A stretch of 55,070 nt of DNA, the filler included, from Sphacelaria rigidula (lineage: Eukaryota), in the NCBI GenBank assembly GCA_964200075.2. It is 6 parts of 6 records of this genome, joined end to end, with 100 filler letters (N's around TTAATTAATTAA, not from the genome) between each part and the next. Parts side by side here need not be neighbours in the genome. Positions count along the whole stretch, not along the records: positions 9,197 to 18,292 come from CAXNAA020009312.1; positions 18,393 to 27,488 come from CAXNAA020009313.1; 4 more parts are not named here. The stretch is one strand, 5' to 3'. Shown piece by piece: positions 12,476-25,031 of this stretch. Below the pieces are notes generated by a model. The model was given only the letters and a program-made list of their open reading frames with translations, did no database searches and was not told the origin of the DNA. The stretch's first letter is position 1. Each line of letters begins with the position of its first letter. The translations under genes and the position numbers were made by a program.

Positions 12476-15004
12476 TTTGAAGGCGTTTTTTTTCGATTTT
12501 TCATTGCGGTGCACATCCTGCTGTTACAGGGAGAGGGGTTGTAGGATCGGTCGGTCGGTTGGTTGTTCGTTTGTTCGTTTGATTGGCTGATCGACTACTT
12601 GTTGAGAGAAAGTGTTCTGACCACCCGTGTTGGTGGTGGTTTTGTTCGATTATATCCCGGGATCAGAAAAATGGAATATTCGGTTCAACGGTCGGTTCGG
12701 TCCGGTTCAGTTCGGTTCGGTTCAGTTTGATTTTTTTTTCTTTTGTCTTGTCTATTTCTGGTTTGCAATTGTAAAAAAAAACAGTTGACACTAGAGGAGA
12801 GAAAGTTTAGCAAAAGACGATGGCACCAAGTTTTTCGACAGAAAGGTCGACGACCTTCTCGCACACGCACGCATAGTCAACTTGTTAAAACTAGTGTCCA
12901 GCAGTTATTTCGCTTGCACCATCACACGGTAAGGGCACAATGGGCACGCACAGAAGAGTGATTCCGTAGTCTCCGGCATGTCGGCTGATCGCCTCGTAAT
13001 CGGAGGTCAGTCATAGCGCAGCGCAAGTTGCTCCATGTGTGCATGTAGCACTAGCAGATCTGGGTTGAATCGTGGCCTTTAGGGGGCGAGGCACCTCAGA
13101 TAGGTCCCGCAGTTTTTGCGAGCGTCGAGCCGGCAGGGGAAGAAGGTGGCAAGTCGTATCGTTGGTTACGGGTTCCGTCGCCCGAGGAGATATGGAGCCC
13201 AATCTCAATTGCGCAGTGTATCTCCGGCAACGGACGCCGCCGAAACCCATTCCGTCGGGGAAATCCCGCCCGAGGTTATTTGGTAGATAGGGCGTTATTG
13301 TAGCTGTACCGGACCTCTTTGCTGATGGAGAACATCGAGGTTGAGTTTCTTGTCTCCATGGGTGATATTCTCCGTATCCAGCGATAGCCGAATCTTGCAT
13401 GTGTGTGGTAGGGGGTATGATGTGAAATGAACCTTTCTTTTTTTCCCGTCCCGTTTTGTATGTAATGATAATAATGGTATTCGGAGTTATTGTGCGGCCG
13501 AAATCGTGCGGGTAATGCCACGACTGCCCCCCTACCCCTGTTGCACGCTCGCGAGCAGCAGCGCTCTCAAATTGTGGGTATCGATCTTTGTGGTCGTAAG
13601 TGCTCCCAGGGTGTGTACGCTGATTCATGACTCTCAAGTGTTGTTGGAAGCTCTTGGCTCAAAAGTAGGGTAGGCTGACCCTTTTGTGGTGTTATTGCAG
13701 AGTTTGGGTGCTCTTATACAATAATAGTGGGCAAAAGTTGCTCAGCAGGTGGCGTCCGTGCGTTCGTGCGGCATGGTTCAGTGGTGAAGAACTGTGCTGT
13801 CATGAGTAATCTTAAGTGTGTGTTTGTCGTACAAGGTGGTTTTGGAAACTTCGTGACAACTCGAAAACCGTCTGGAAAATGGCTGTTTCTAGGGGTGGCA
13901 CGGATCAGGGATCCTGTTTTCTGTTATGTTCCATCTCTCGGCGGCGATGTACGGTATTCGTATTGATTTCTCGGATGTTGACTTGGGAGCGGCATCGCCA
14001 AAAAAGGCAAATTTCATCGAGGGAGACAGTACGTGCAGCCCAATACTACTGAGTCTTGATCCAATACCCCCGACCCTGTTGTCACGCGGTCGCCTGTCTC
14101 CTGCTTAGTAGATTGTTGCTGTATACCAAGCATGTCGAGTTAGTCTTGCATGCCTTTGTTGTCGAAATGGGTCCGTACGCGTTGGCGACATGAAACACAA
14201 TTTTCGGAACAGTTTCGGTTCCACTCTGTCTTTTTCCCCCCTCTTGTTTTTTCTTATATGGTCCACTAAATAATGGTGAACGAATAATGGTGTTTCTACT
14301 GATGAACAATATGAAGACCAATGAACCTTTGCTCGTGCTACTTTAGTGTGTGCATTTCCACTTTTCGGCATGATACAATGCAATTCTCACACTCGCATGT
14401 ACCAGGTAGACTAAAACGACGATGCGTATATTTCATAGATGCCATCGCCCATGTACGACTAGAACCAACACTGTTTTCGTGAGAATGAGAGGAGAGGATA
14501 CGATTGAGAGAGTGAAAAGCGATCAATAGTGAATGAATCGTTTCAGCTCCGAAATGCCCCTCCACGACGGCCCGTATGCTTCATGTAGTAGCTTGCCACT
14601 GAGGCCCGTAATGTCCCCGAGTGGGATATCGACGTGTAGCTGGAAGCACACGCCGGTGATCGAGGCAAAGAAAAACACACAAGAAATGGAAAATTAATAA
14701 TCTCGACGCGAATGAATAAGGCCACTCTCAATCAGCGCTCTACTCTCAATTTCACGAAAACGATATTAGCCACATATCCCCCCTCGAGAGAGGGACTGAA
14801 CATGCGTGGTCCGGGATTGGTAAGCAGCATTGGCATCGTCTGTGTGTTGATTGTTTCGGTCATCTTCCAGCAATGGCGAGAAAATCGAGAGCGAAACGTC
14901 CAACAAGCACCAGAGTGGGGGCCAGTCGGATCCTGTTTCTCGTTTTGGGCTGGGGAACCGCGGGACTCCTTTTTGACTCTGAACACAGAAAAATTGCCTC
15001 TCCA

Positions 15005-15466
15005 TTTCTTTGTTGGCTCAGTTGGTAACCTCCAAGCCTTCTGACGGTTGACGGTTGGGTCGTGGGTTCAAATCTCGGAGCAATCTGGAGTTTCTTCTCA
15101 CACCGGTCGCCCCGATGGCTCAGTTGGTAACCTCGTAACCTTCTGATGGTTGAGTTGTGGGGTTCGTTTCCCCGAGCGATCTGGGATTTTTTCTTATACC
15201 ATCCTCAACAGTGGAGAGCGACTATGTCGTGGGTACACAAAATTCGACCTAACGGTCGACGAGGGAAAGGGACTGCTGAACACCTCTCGCGATAAAAAAA
15301 ATTTAAAGGCAAGCACCGCAGAAGGAAGGTGGGGTATTAAAAAAAAAGAAGAAAAAGCTCCTGTGTTGACCTTCCTCCTGTGTGACCCCGGCTGATGTGC
15401 CCACATATCTCGAAAGGGGTAGACTGGCGCCCAGAATAAAGGGGACGACAACAACAACACACACAC
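15005..15466 (+). mobile_element. tRNA-derived SINE with two tandem tRNA-like heads and a (CAA)n/(CA)n tail
   Basis: A-box TGGCTCAGTTGG at 15014 and 15116; B-box-like GGTTCAAATC at 15065 and GGTTCGTTTCC at 15161; the body and tail recur inverted at 31789-32008. Confidence 0.75.
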
Positions 15467-15529
15467 CACGCCTAACTTCAGGAGCCCCAGAATGAGAAAG
15501 ATCTGGACCCAGATATGCTACCCCTACCA

Positions 15530-16040
15530 TAGCATGACTCGTTTTGAGATTTTCTGTCCGTCCGGGAACACTGCCGCTGTAATCGAATCAGGTACCCTGC
15601 AACGATGCTAAAGGTGCGCACGTTTGTGCACGATATACTAGTTACAGTAAGTAGTGCTCCCTGTCTGATGTTGTACATATTCCCCTGTCGTGGAGCACTA
15701 GGCTGAACGTCCTATACTTTCCCCGCGTGCGTTGGGTTCGGCGTACGAGCTCGGGACACCGTGTCGGTCACCTCGTCGAGGGATGTTTCAAACAAAAAAC
15801 AGTTGAGATTTGAATTTATTTTTTTCGACCACCCCGCGGTGCCCCGCTGCCTTGATCGACATGCGCATTTCAGTTTGCCCGCTATTTGGTGCGGTGCGGC
15901 TATACACCCATATACTACGTCTTCTCCCCGAATATCGTCAATCCAAATGCCTCGCGCGCTTGGACGCAATTGGCCGCCACGATCTTAGCGAAGCTTGCCT
16001 GTGCCTTTGACGCAATGTCAGTATCGTCGGCATACGGCAT
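15530..16040 (-). pseudogene. Decayed non-LTR (RTE-like) reverse transcriptase fragment
   Basis: MPYADDTDIASK..SFAKIVA..AFGLTI.GEKT, then frameshifted EMRMSIKAAGHR and ELVRRTQ..YRTFSLVLHDR; resembles the LINE RT YADD region; contains stops and frameshifts. Confidence 0.7.
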
Positions 16041-16596
16041 AGATAGCGCAGCTGCTGTGCTGCTGGCGGTGGTGGTCAAGTCCCTTCTTGTTTGTGTCTC
16101 GTTAACCCCAGCCCTCATCCCCTCAGGCTATTTCACTAATATCTGCTCTCCTCCAAAGCCTCGGCCGGATGCTGATTTATCCCCCTTGCTTTCCTCCCCC
16201 CCCCTCCTTCTTCTCCCCTTTTTAAGTCGGTTCAACGATCCTTACCCTATTATTGTTCAGTGCCGGCAGAAAGTCTTGCAGGAACGTCACCTAACCGCTA
16301 AGCCCGCGTTGCGGGTAAAATCAACCCTTCAGTGTACCTGTATGAAATCGGGGAACCGTGTTTTGATTACGGGTATGTTTGACAAAGAAAAAAGTGTAAC
16401 AATGTAAATAACAAACATTCGCTCATGTTTGATTTTGATGTGCGTGCGCAGTGCGACGGCCTCGTGTCACCCAGGGCACAACCAGCACGCGTACGGATAA
16501 AGAGTAGGGGAGCGGACACAAGTATCAAGAAGCTGAATTTATTCAGCAACGGAGATAGTTTTCATCACCTCTTCTATCGCCTTCTTTTCAGCCACC

Positions 16597-16956
16597 ATGC
16601 CGTCTTTATCGAGGGTTCTGCTGGCTGCCTTGAGCACCGCGGGGTCCTGCTCCCACCAAACGGGCGCATTTGTAGTTCCGGGCACACAAACGTCTATGCT
16701 TGGCAGCACAGGGGCATCTTGCAGCACTCGACAACATACTGCCACCACCGCCGTTGCTGTGGCTATCTCTCATCGCTCAGACATGTGCTCAAGTCGTGGT
16801 TTCTCAAGGAATGGCGTATACAGTGGTAGGCACAGCAGCGGTGCTGCTGTAGGTACATTGAGGATGAGTGCGGCAACTGAGGCGCCGGTAGCAGCGGAGA
16901 GCAGTGAGTCGGAGGCGACGGCGGAGTCGGGGGTAGCTACACCTGGGGCCACTCAG
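16597..16956 (+). CDS. GUN4: GUN4-family tetrapyrrole-binding protein, exon 1 (bipartite plastid presequence)
   Basis: ATG, hydrophobic signal peptide, TGA-FVV motif, S/T/R/A-rich transit peptide; cag|gtgtgt donor in phase 0. Confidence 0.8.
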
Positions 16957-17221
16957 GTGTGTATCAGCTTTGAATAGGCCGTAGTGTGTCAAGCTGTGGA
17001 CGCCCCGCAGTCAGCTCTTTCAGATGCGGTCTACTGCCTTGTCAGCTATTCTCTAGAGCAGGGAAGGCATCGTCGCATGATCCATGATGATAATTCATGT
17101 ACAGCATGGGGTACTCTCAAGGTATGGTTTTGTCTTTGTACACCACACCGTACGTCGGTACTGTTGTACTCTGTAATATACTGTTACGTACTTTTACCTT
17201 GTATCTGAATCGGTTGTACAG

Positions 17222-17403
17222 GACATCCCAACAAACCTACCCTCCGAGTGCGGAATAGACTATGTACCGCTTGCCACCATGCTTGCTACGGGGGACCTCA
17301 AGGGGGCAGACCAGTTCACGCGTGACGCGTTGATCAAGGCGGCAGGGGCGGGCAGCCAGAAGCGGGACTTCGTCTACTGGACTGAGGTCAAGAAAATCCC
17401 CAG
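17222..17403 (+). CDS. GUN4: GUN4-family protein, exon 2 (start of the GUN4 domain); gene truncated by the contig end
   Basis: DIPTNLPSECGIDYVPLATMLATGDLKGADQFTRDALIKAAGAGSQKRDFVYWTEVKKIP matches the GUN4 pattern S..GIDY..L..LL..G....AD..T...L...AG.....R..LY..EV..IP; cag| acceptor and |gtacgt donor. Confidence 0.9.
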
Positions 17404-18292
17404 GTACGTTTGCGCCAGCGGACGAAAATGTGGAAACATTCGAACATTACCCCCAGGAGCGTCGGAATTCGATTTAGGCAGGATACCGCCGTGGGGAACA
17501 AGTTTGGTGGGGGGTTGGCCGACTGCTTGAGTCTATTATGGCACCAGTAATCACTTGGTTTTTGTGTACCACCGGATAACAGCTTGACCAAAGAAAGGGT
17601 GGGGGTACACGCTACAGTAGTACCTGACTTGGCTGTGAAGTAAGTATAATAGTATTATAGTTGATTTTGGTGCGAATCATCTTCAAAACTACTTGATTCT
17701 AGTGCACCAAATGGAGCAAGACGATACATACCGCGAGGCACACGAACATGAGCCGTTGCGGGCTGCGGCCCCTGGGATGAGGTTTTTAACTTGACGTGAA
17801 TTGTGCCTGCCCGAACCACCACACGCGAAATGAAGCATATACTGTTACTGGCGGAAAAGGTACGTGACTTCTCACTCTCCGTATTTTGGGGCTACTGTAA
17901 TTACTGATCGATTGTTAATGAGGCTTTACCCCCCAGCCGATCACGGGCCACAACACCTGATTGCAGTTGCGACGAGTAACAATGCGGAGTGATGCTCAGA
18001 TAGGAGAGTGAATATTTTGGGCCATGTCTTCCACGAAGTTCCCCTCAAGTCTTCGTTGAAAGCACCAAAAAGCACACCCGTTCATACCGCTTCACGCCGT
18101 TTTCTCCCGAATACAAATAACGCCTTCCTCTGTTGGCTGTTTGAGTTATGGGTATGGATGGTAGGCTCCTTGCACTCCGTGACCTTGGGTTGGAGAGATT
18201 GAGGTAATATGATTAAAAAATAACAATAAACGCACGGCGAGTACGAGGTCGTCCGACATAAACACACCCCAACACATCACACCTACCCCCTC

Positions 18293-18392
18293 NNNNNNNN
18301 NNNNNNNNNNNNNNNNNNNNNNNNNNNNNNNNNNNNTTAATTAATTAANNNNNNNNNNNNNNNNNNNNNNNNNNNNNNNNNNNNNNNNNNNN
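18293..18392. other. Assembly spacer between contigs 2 and 3
   Basis: N44-TTAATTAATTAA-N44. Confidence 0.98.
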
Positions 18393-18706
18393 GGGAAGAA
18401 AAGGGGGAAAATGGGTTTGGGGGCAACTTTTTTTTTTTTTCCCCACTCATCCCCCCCCCCGGGGGGGGGGGGGGGGGTATAAACCGTTTTCCAGTCTGTA
18501 GGGCCCCTTGGGTCAGTCATCCGTGATGAACGGATCATGGATAATGACATGCAAACGACATAATAACATGGTCAGAGGGAACTGCGAGCAACTGTAATTA
18601 TGATCGTAGATCACGCCGCAGTACGACGGCAGACAGCGTATAGAGGATAGCGGGCGCTCAATCTGTTCAACAGTACCGCAGTACACCAACACACCCAATC
18701 CGCACC

Positions 18707-18862
18707 ATGAAGACTTTCCTACTCATGGTAATCGCCGCTGTCATGGCCCAGTGCGGACGTGCCTTCATCGTGTCTCCAAGCGCAGCAGTTGCATACCCGT
18801 CATCCAGCGTGAGGAAGGGAGTGGCCTGTGCAGCTGCCGCAGCAAAGGCAGGAGACAGGGAG
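18707..18862 (+). CDS. hup: Probable exon 1 of the HU gene (signal peptide plus transit peptide)
   Basis: MKTFLLMVIAAVMAQCGRA-FIVSPS...; gag|gtgtgt donor in phase 0, compatible with exon 23473; the link to HU is inferred. Confidence 0.6.
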
Positions 18863-21800
18863 GTGTGTAGGTGTGGGTGCGTGTTTGCGTGTGCGTGTGC
18901 GTGTGCGTGTGCAAGCGCGCTTCCGACTGTGCTCGCTCATGTGCAGCGCGTGCGTGAATATTGTCTTCAATGCAGTTATTGTTGGGGAGGTGGGGGAAAT
19001 GTGGCGGGTGAGCGGTTGCGATGCGCTTTCATGATCAAATCCCATCGTGGTGGTTTGCAAACGGATTTGACCAGGTGTGCGTTCGTATGGATCACCAACC
19101 ACCTTCCTTAGTCAAATGTGGTTTCTAGAACACTTGCGTGGAGCGACGAGGGCTTGGGGGTTGGAGGACTGTGAGATTTACCGCGGTGGCTACTTGTAAA
19201 GCTTAGGCCAGGTGTGCGCAAACTGTGTTGTAGACTGTACTGTGTGTGTGCCATGATGTGCCTACATGGAAATTGTACAAATGGGTGCTCATCAAGTGTT
19301 TCGTCATGTTTTGCATGGCAGCTCAATTTGATGCAGGGACCGCGATGTCCGTCATGATGCAGCTGACGAGGTACGGTAGATCAATAACACGTGCCTGCTT
19401 GCCGTACACCAGTCGGATGTACTGCGCTGTGCTGTACTATATTTTTCCGGTGCTGTAACCAGTCTCCTTGTCTCTCCTGGTACCAATGCCTCTGAGTGTG
19501 CTGTACGGTATAGATGTGCACCGTGGAGAATGGAGAGATGATGAAATCTAGCTCTCACGTTCACATCTCCTGGACGCTGACGACTTCAGCTATGATCCGC
19601 ACATATGAAAAATCGTCTAATCAAGGGGGAGATGCACATCTGCTCAAAAGCCTGGGCCATTTTATTTGTCATTATCTCAACACCATGTCGAGTAAGTCAT
19701 CCCATACGGAGATAGGGTCCGTTCTGAAGTGAAGTCTCAACGAAACCCCGAACGATATGTATGCGGATGATTTTTGGTGTGAACTTTCCCCGGAGCACGA
19801 GGGAACGATTGATGGCCTCACCCTCATCGACAGTAGTTCGTGATGTATTAAGAGATATGGCGCAAATAACTATCAATACTAAGGCTGGTCCTTGGGCCGC
19901 CTCTTATAGACTGGAAAAGGTCTCTGAGAAAAGTTGTCCAAATGGACTTTTCTCCGATAAATCAGTTTCAAAACCCCACCTTCTAGTCTATGAAGAAATC
20001 CTGCAGATTTGTACACCCGAGGCCATCATCTAGCCTGCGTGCAGACGGTGGTGATGGTCATCATTTGCATTCTGTTCTTGTGCCACCTGCGCCGTGCGGT
20101 AAACTAACACGTGAATAATCTCGTCGAGGTACAGGATAGATGGGAGGGCAACACACGCGCGTACACACGGTAGCTACTGATAGAAAAGGAATTGAAGTAA
20201 CAGGCGTATCAACCCTTACTGCGGCCGACCCTGCTTGCAGTGTTCTTCCTTTTCAATGTTATGGAGGCGGTGTTTTTGCAGGTTGGACGCCGAGAAAATC
20301 CGTACCTCGCTTGGAATGGTGCCGAAACTTCGAGGATGTGTTGATTGTAACTACAGCAAGGTGTCGTAGCCGCAGCCATGGCTGCTCAAGGCGCTGAGGG
20401 CTCGATCTGCATTAAAACGGTGGATACCATTCTATTCAGATTCTTTGTTTTTCCACAATCTTCTGTCTGATGACGAATATAGTATGTACAATTTCGGTCA
20501 GGCTCGCAAAACCCCACGGAGCCTTCAGGCGTCATCGTCAATCTTCGCCCAGTTAGGGATGAACACTCGCAGAAAACCAGAAAATATACAGCATCTAGGC
20601 CCCACCATATATGTGAGGGTCTAGGCTGAGCCGATCTCACGCGACCACTGCGTTCCGACATGGACCCTGCCCCACGTACCCGACAAGTGGGCAACATCCC
20701 CGTACAGACAGAAGCAATGCTAGCGAATACAATATTCTGACAGTCTGGCAGCCGGCAAGGTAGTCATGGTGGTGTCCTTGTAGCGATATCAACTTACAGT
20801 GCACTGTTGCAGAGTTTACTGGTTAATATTTTGGTGATTGCCTCAGCTGCAGGTCCCAGATATGGATTTTTCCACCATCTCACCGCGCCAGATGATATGT
20901 GAAAATGTATCAGATCCTGCATTATTTTGAAATGTGCCAAAACCTGGACGAAAGTTCTACAGTCAGGACGAACACGGTGTTAAAAGGGTACCGCGCACAG
21001 TGTGAAATATATTGCCGACTACAACTTGTGTGATACTCGTACTACTTGAAGGTAACTGCTACGCTACACTTCGAGACAACATTAGCGTGTAAAAATCTCC
21101 AGGATATGAAATGCTACAGGCGGCTTTCGTGCCATAGCGGCTGTGTTATCATACAGCTTCGCCCAAGAGACAGGCAGCCATGACAGCAGCAAAGATGGCC
21201 TTTCACTCCTGCGTGCGCAACGTAAGGCAAACGCACGCTGTAGCTGCAACACGGAGAGCTTCACAAAATGTGTCGTCGCGATATAGGGCGTAGCAAACGG
21301 TGATATCCCGCGTACACGTTGACCGCAGATACAATCGGTTGCGTGCATGATGTGGCGAACTGCATAGGACAGCGCGAAATCAATGCAGCACAGGGATGGG
21401 CTAAGGATGTGACATTCTGTGGTGTGCTTTGTCACCCTGCACCCTGCCACCATGCAGTGAGCAGGTAGTACCGCCGAAGGCGTGACGCCGCGGTTGGTAC
21501 GCAGTGTCGAACACATAACAGCAAACAGCATATTTCATGTACAACAGACAAGGATGTGTGGTTCAAGACCGATACGCACAGAGTGGGACCCGCATCTAGA
21601 GAACCCTGCACCAACTCGCCCTGTTCTAGCGGATACAAGAATATTTTCAGCAAAAACCGCTTGCGACATGTGCTGTAACGGATCTCATGCGTCATGCAGC
21701 TTTCTCCAATGTGCTGCATCGCCCGTGAAGCGAGCTGTTGAAGCTAACAGTGCCCAACCCTCTTCCCACGATGACCTCCTGTCTGAGCTCGAGATAAATG

Positions 21801-22461
21801 AAACTGCGGAACATGACTTCAACTGGTGAAACGTACACCTCATCGTGATAAAAAGCTTCCATAACATTGAAGAGGAATAACACTACTTGGCACAGTCGTA
21901 GTGTCGCAAGCGGTGCGGTGTAGCAGGCGGTTTGTGCCATACCGCACACAACAAACTCACGCGACAGTCAGTATAGCGGTAGCAACCGTCTCAGTATACA
22001 CTTTACTTCAGAGCAATCGGTGGCGGGCACGACGAACAAGCATGAAATGACACGAGCAGTCAACACAGCCAGCAGGGGCGACATCGTGCTATTTTTTAGT
22101 AGTAGCGCTGCCGACGAAAAAGCACTGTACTGGCTGTCCCTGGTCCTACGGTCATGAAAAGGATGCACGGAGTGCAGCAGCAGCTATGCTGTTGCGACGG
22201 AACTGTACATGCAACGTGCACAGCTACTTTTGCACTGACTGTACTGCACTTGTCTGCGAGGAGTGTGTGATGGAACGACAATTCCTAGAGAATCGATGGC
22301 TTTTCGCAGAGATATTTGGCAAAATCCTGCTGTCTGGATATGTCGGCAAGTTTCGAGAGACTTATCCCGTGAAAAATGGCCCTACGAGGTCGTATTCTGG
22401 AAAAAGTCCTGGAAACTGACCAGAACGACTTTCCTCGGAGACTTTTTTCAGTCTGCACAAA

Positions 22462-22787
22462 GCGGCCTTACAACAGACAAGAAAAAAAATCCGGAAAAGT
22501 ACTCTTGTAAAGCTTTCACGTCGTTTTACGCCCCCAAAGAGAGCTAGGCGGAGTTCAACACCTTGGAATGACTTGCCCTACTATTTGAAGCGCTCGCTTA
22601 TCCAGATTTGGCTGTTTTTTTACCGTTCCTGGACAAAAATCTATGTTTGGCCAAACTAAAAACTGCGGCCACCGGAAAAGGGGAAGGTGTCAAACTCCGC
22701 CTAGCTCTCTTTTGTGGTGTAAAACGACGTGAAAGCTCTCAAAATATACTTACCCAGATTTCTATTTGGTCTGTTGTAAGGAGCGGC
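22462..22787. mobile_element. Foldback MITE (GCCGCTCCTTACAACAGAC-type ends)
   Basis: Inverted arms CACGTCGTTTTAC..AGAGAGCTAGGCGGAGTT / AACTCCGCCTAGCTCTCT..GTAAAACGACGTG; same family as 26290-26675, with fragments near 5385 and 23140. Confidence 0.75.
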
Positions 22788-23472
22788 CGAAAGTTGATAT
22801 ATCACGAGAAGAAACACTATATACACTAATCTGGGACTTTCACGTCTACTTGAGAGTTATGCTCTGAAATTAGAGTATCGGTAGGGCAAAAAATAATTTC
22901 AGCTCGATGATTTTTTCACACCCTGGACATTCGATTCTATTGTCAGAGAGTGTTCCGCGTACAGTATCAAATATTGCGCCTGTTGCAATGGAGAATCGAT
23001 TCTGCACTGTATGCAGTACACTTTCTTACAACTTGATCTGAAGTCCAGCGTGTGGATTTTCTCCTTTCTTCCACGGGTTTGAGACCGCTTCTCATGGCGA
23101 ACAAGAATTAAGAATCTGGGTACAGTGCCATTTTTGCTTTTCTGCGTCGTTTCACGCCCCAAAAGAGAGCTAGGTGGATTTTTACACCCTTGGAGTGCCT
23201 TGCTGTACTCGTTTAGATGGATCCAGCATACCCGTGCGTTTTCCCGGTGGTCGCATTTTGTTTTTTTCATCAAACTTGGGTTTTGCTCGTAGACCAGCCA
23301 TCTCCATAACAACATAGTATTTTCTTGCCGATACTCGCCCCACGCGCACAAAAGTAGTGCGCGTGCCATCACCATCTGTACTTACGGAGAAAGCTTCATG
23401 CACGACGGCATTGTCGCTGCCTGATCCGCCGTGTTCGCGCCGTGGGTACTCACGACCTGCCGGCTGCTGCAG

Positions 23473-23593
23473 GTAACGACCCTAAGAAAGACCCAAGTTG
23501 TGGCGGAGATGGCTGCCAAGTCGGGGTTGAACAAGACGCAGTCGGAGGCGGCATTAATGGCGTTCCTTGAGACCGTGTCGGAAACCCTTTGCG
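23473..23593 (+). CDS. hup: Bacterial-type histone-like DNA-binding protein HU, N-terminal helical exon
   Basis: LRKTQVVAEMAAKSGLNKTQSEAALMAFLETVSETL matches HU helices 1-2; ctgcag| acceptor and |gtgagt donor in phase 1. Confidence 0.9.
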
Positions 23594-24795
23594 GTGAGTC
23601 AATGCGATGGGATGGGTCGGTATCTGACGATGGAGGTTCTCGAAGGTGGTTTGTGTATATAGTAGGATCCGGGTACTGCTCAATATTCAGTACTTCAAGG
23701 TCACGGGCGACAAATCAAATCCTGCAGCATTGGGTTTTGGGCCTACTGCACACCTCACACGCGCACCGAACAGAGCGCGTATTCAGAGAGATTCCCCTCC
23801 CCGAGTATGTGGACAAGGAGCACAGCCCGTCCTATAAAAAGCGTTCGAAAACCACACAGATACCCCGCCTAATTCGATTGTTCCGTTCCGTACTGTTCTC
23901 ATATCCCGTGTGATATATTCCACTATGTTCGGTAGTCAATCCCCCCTCGGTACATGAGGTATTCGGTGCACAAGAACACCCCTTGAAACCCAGGGTGTCG
24001 AGGCAATCTGAGTGCCATCCCCTATGCTCTTGACTTACCAGATGTAAAGGTTTTTTAATTGCGAATAGTACGCGCGAGAGCTTGATATTCCACTTCCCAG
24101 GCGATGAGTTGCTTGACCTCGATATTCTCGAGTAGCGAGACCTTGCACTCGCAAGGCATGGCCGTTTGTCTGAAGAGCACAATGAAATGCTTCCAACGAA
24201 ACGACTTTTTTTGGCGGCGGGGTGGCCGCCCCTGTTTCGAAGACGTGGGGTTTGAATCATGTGATTGTCTTGGAGGTGCCCGACCTACTCTGATCACCTG
24301 CGGTGTACCTGCATCATGATGCAAGACCCTCTGGTGGGTGTGCTCATTAGCTGGTAGTGGAAAACATCTTGAGCAACTATTGTAGAAATTTTGCGGTGCC
24401 GATTATGCGGATTCTTTGCTTTAGAGGGTGCGCTTGCCCTCGTCAACAAGCCCCAAACGGGGGGCATTTTTTCAAGAGCTGATGGCATATTTCAACGCCG
24501 CTTTTAATTTTTAACGTCTTCTCTTCCTGATTCTTGGTGCACGATCCCGTCGAAGTTCGCTCGGTTTATTTTTCCGGGCGGTGTTGTGGATATGTGTGAT
24601 GATCCTTGCGCTGTTCTCAGCGCATTTCGTGGCTCCTCAATCCTCCCGAGCATCGTATGCATGTGTCATGTTGAAAATAAATGAAATTGAGCGCCCTCTG
24701 TTGTGACTAGTTATGGTTAGCGTGCCAGAACCCCCCCAATGAGTGTTCTCTATATGTTTTTACCGTTTTTGTCTTGTTTCTTCTCGTAAAAACAG

Positions 24796-25031
24796 ACGGG
24801 GATAAAATCAATCTCGTAGGATTCGGAACTTTCGAGACGCGCTACCGAAGGGGTCGGGAAGGACGCCACCCAAAAACGGGAGAGCCGATGATCATCAGCG
24901 ATTGCCACGCGCCAGCGTTCTCTGCGGCCAAGGCGTTGAAGGAAACGGTGAGGAATCAGTGTATTGACCTTTGTAATGGCGATGGTGGTTCTGTGGGTCA
25001 TGATGATGACGGTTTCATGGAGGTAAGGTAG
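24796..25031 (+). CDS. hup: HU protein, beta-arm exon (3' boundary uncertain: donor at 24947 or 25022, or stop at 25031)
   Basis: DGDKINLVGFGTFETRYRRGREGRHPKTGEPMII....PAFSAAKALKETV carries the HU/IHF signature GFGTF..R..R.GRNP.TG; aacag| acceptor in phase 1. Confidence 0.9.

Noticed and set aside
13011..13637. 208-aa minus-strand ORF
   Set aside because: No recognisable domain or exon structure; likely chance or TE-derived
15007..15180. Two tRNA genes
   Set aside because: Acceptor and D stems are degenerate and the heads are fused to a dispersed repeat body; better explained as a SINE
19322..19369. Possible extra HU presequence exon ending GAG|GTACGG
   Set aside because: The phase-0 reading has a stop; it fits only with alternative donor and acceptor choices
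23880..24490. Coding-looking stretch inside the HU intron (also 19560-20030 and 2320-2760)
   Set aside because: Interrupted by stops with no diagnostic motif; probably decayed TE, but I cannot assign it
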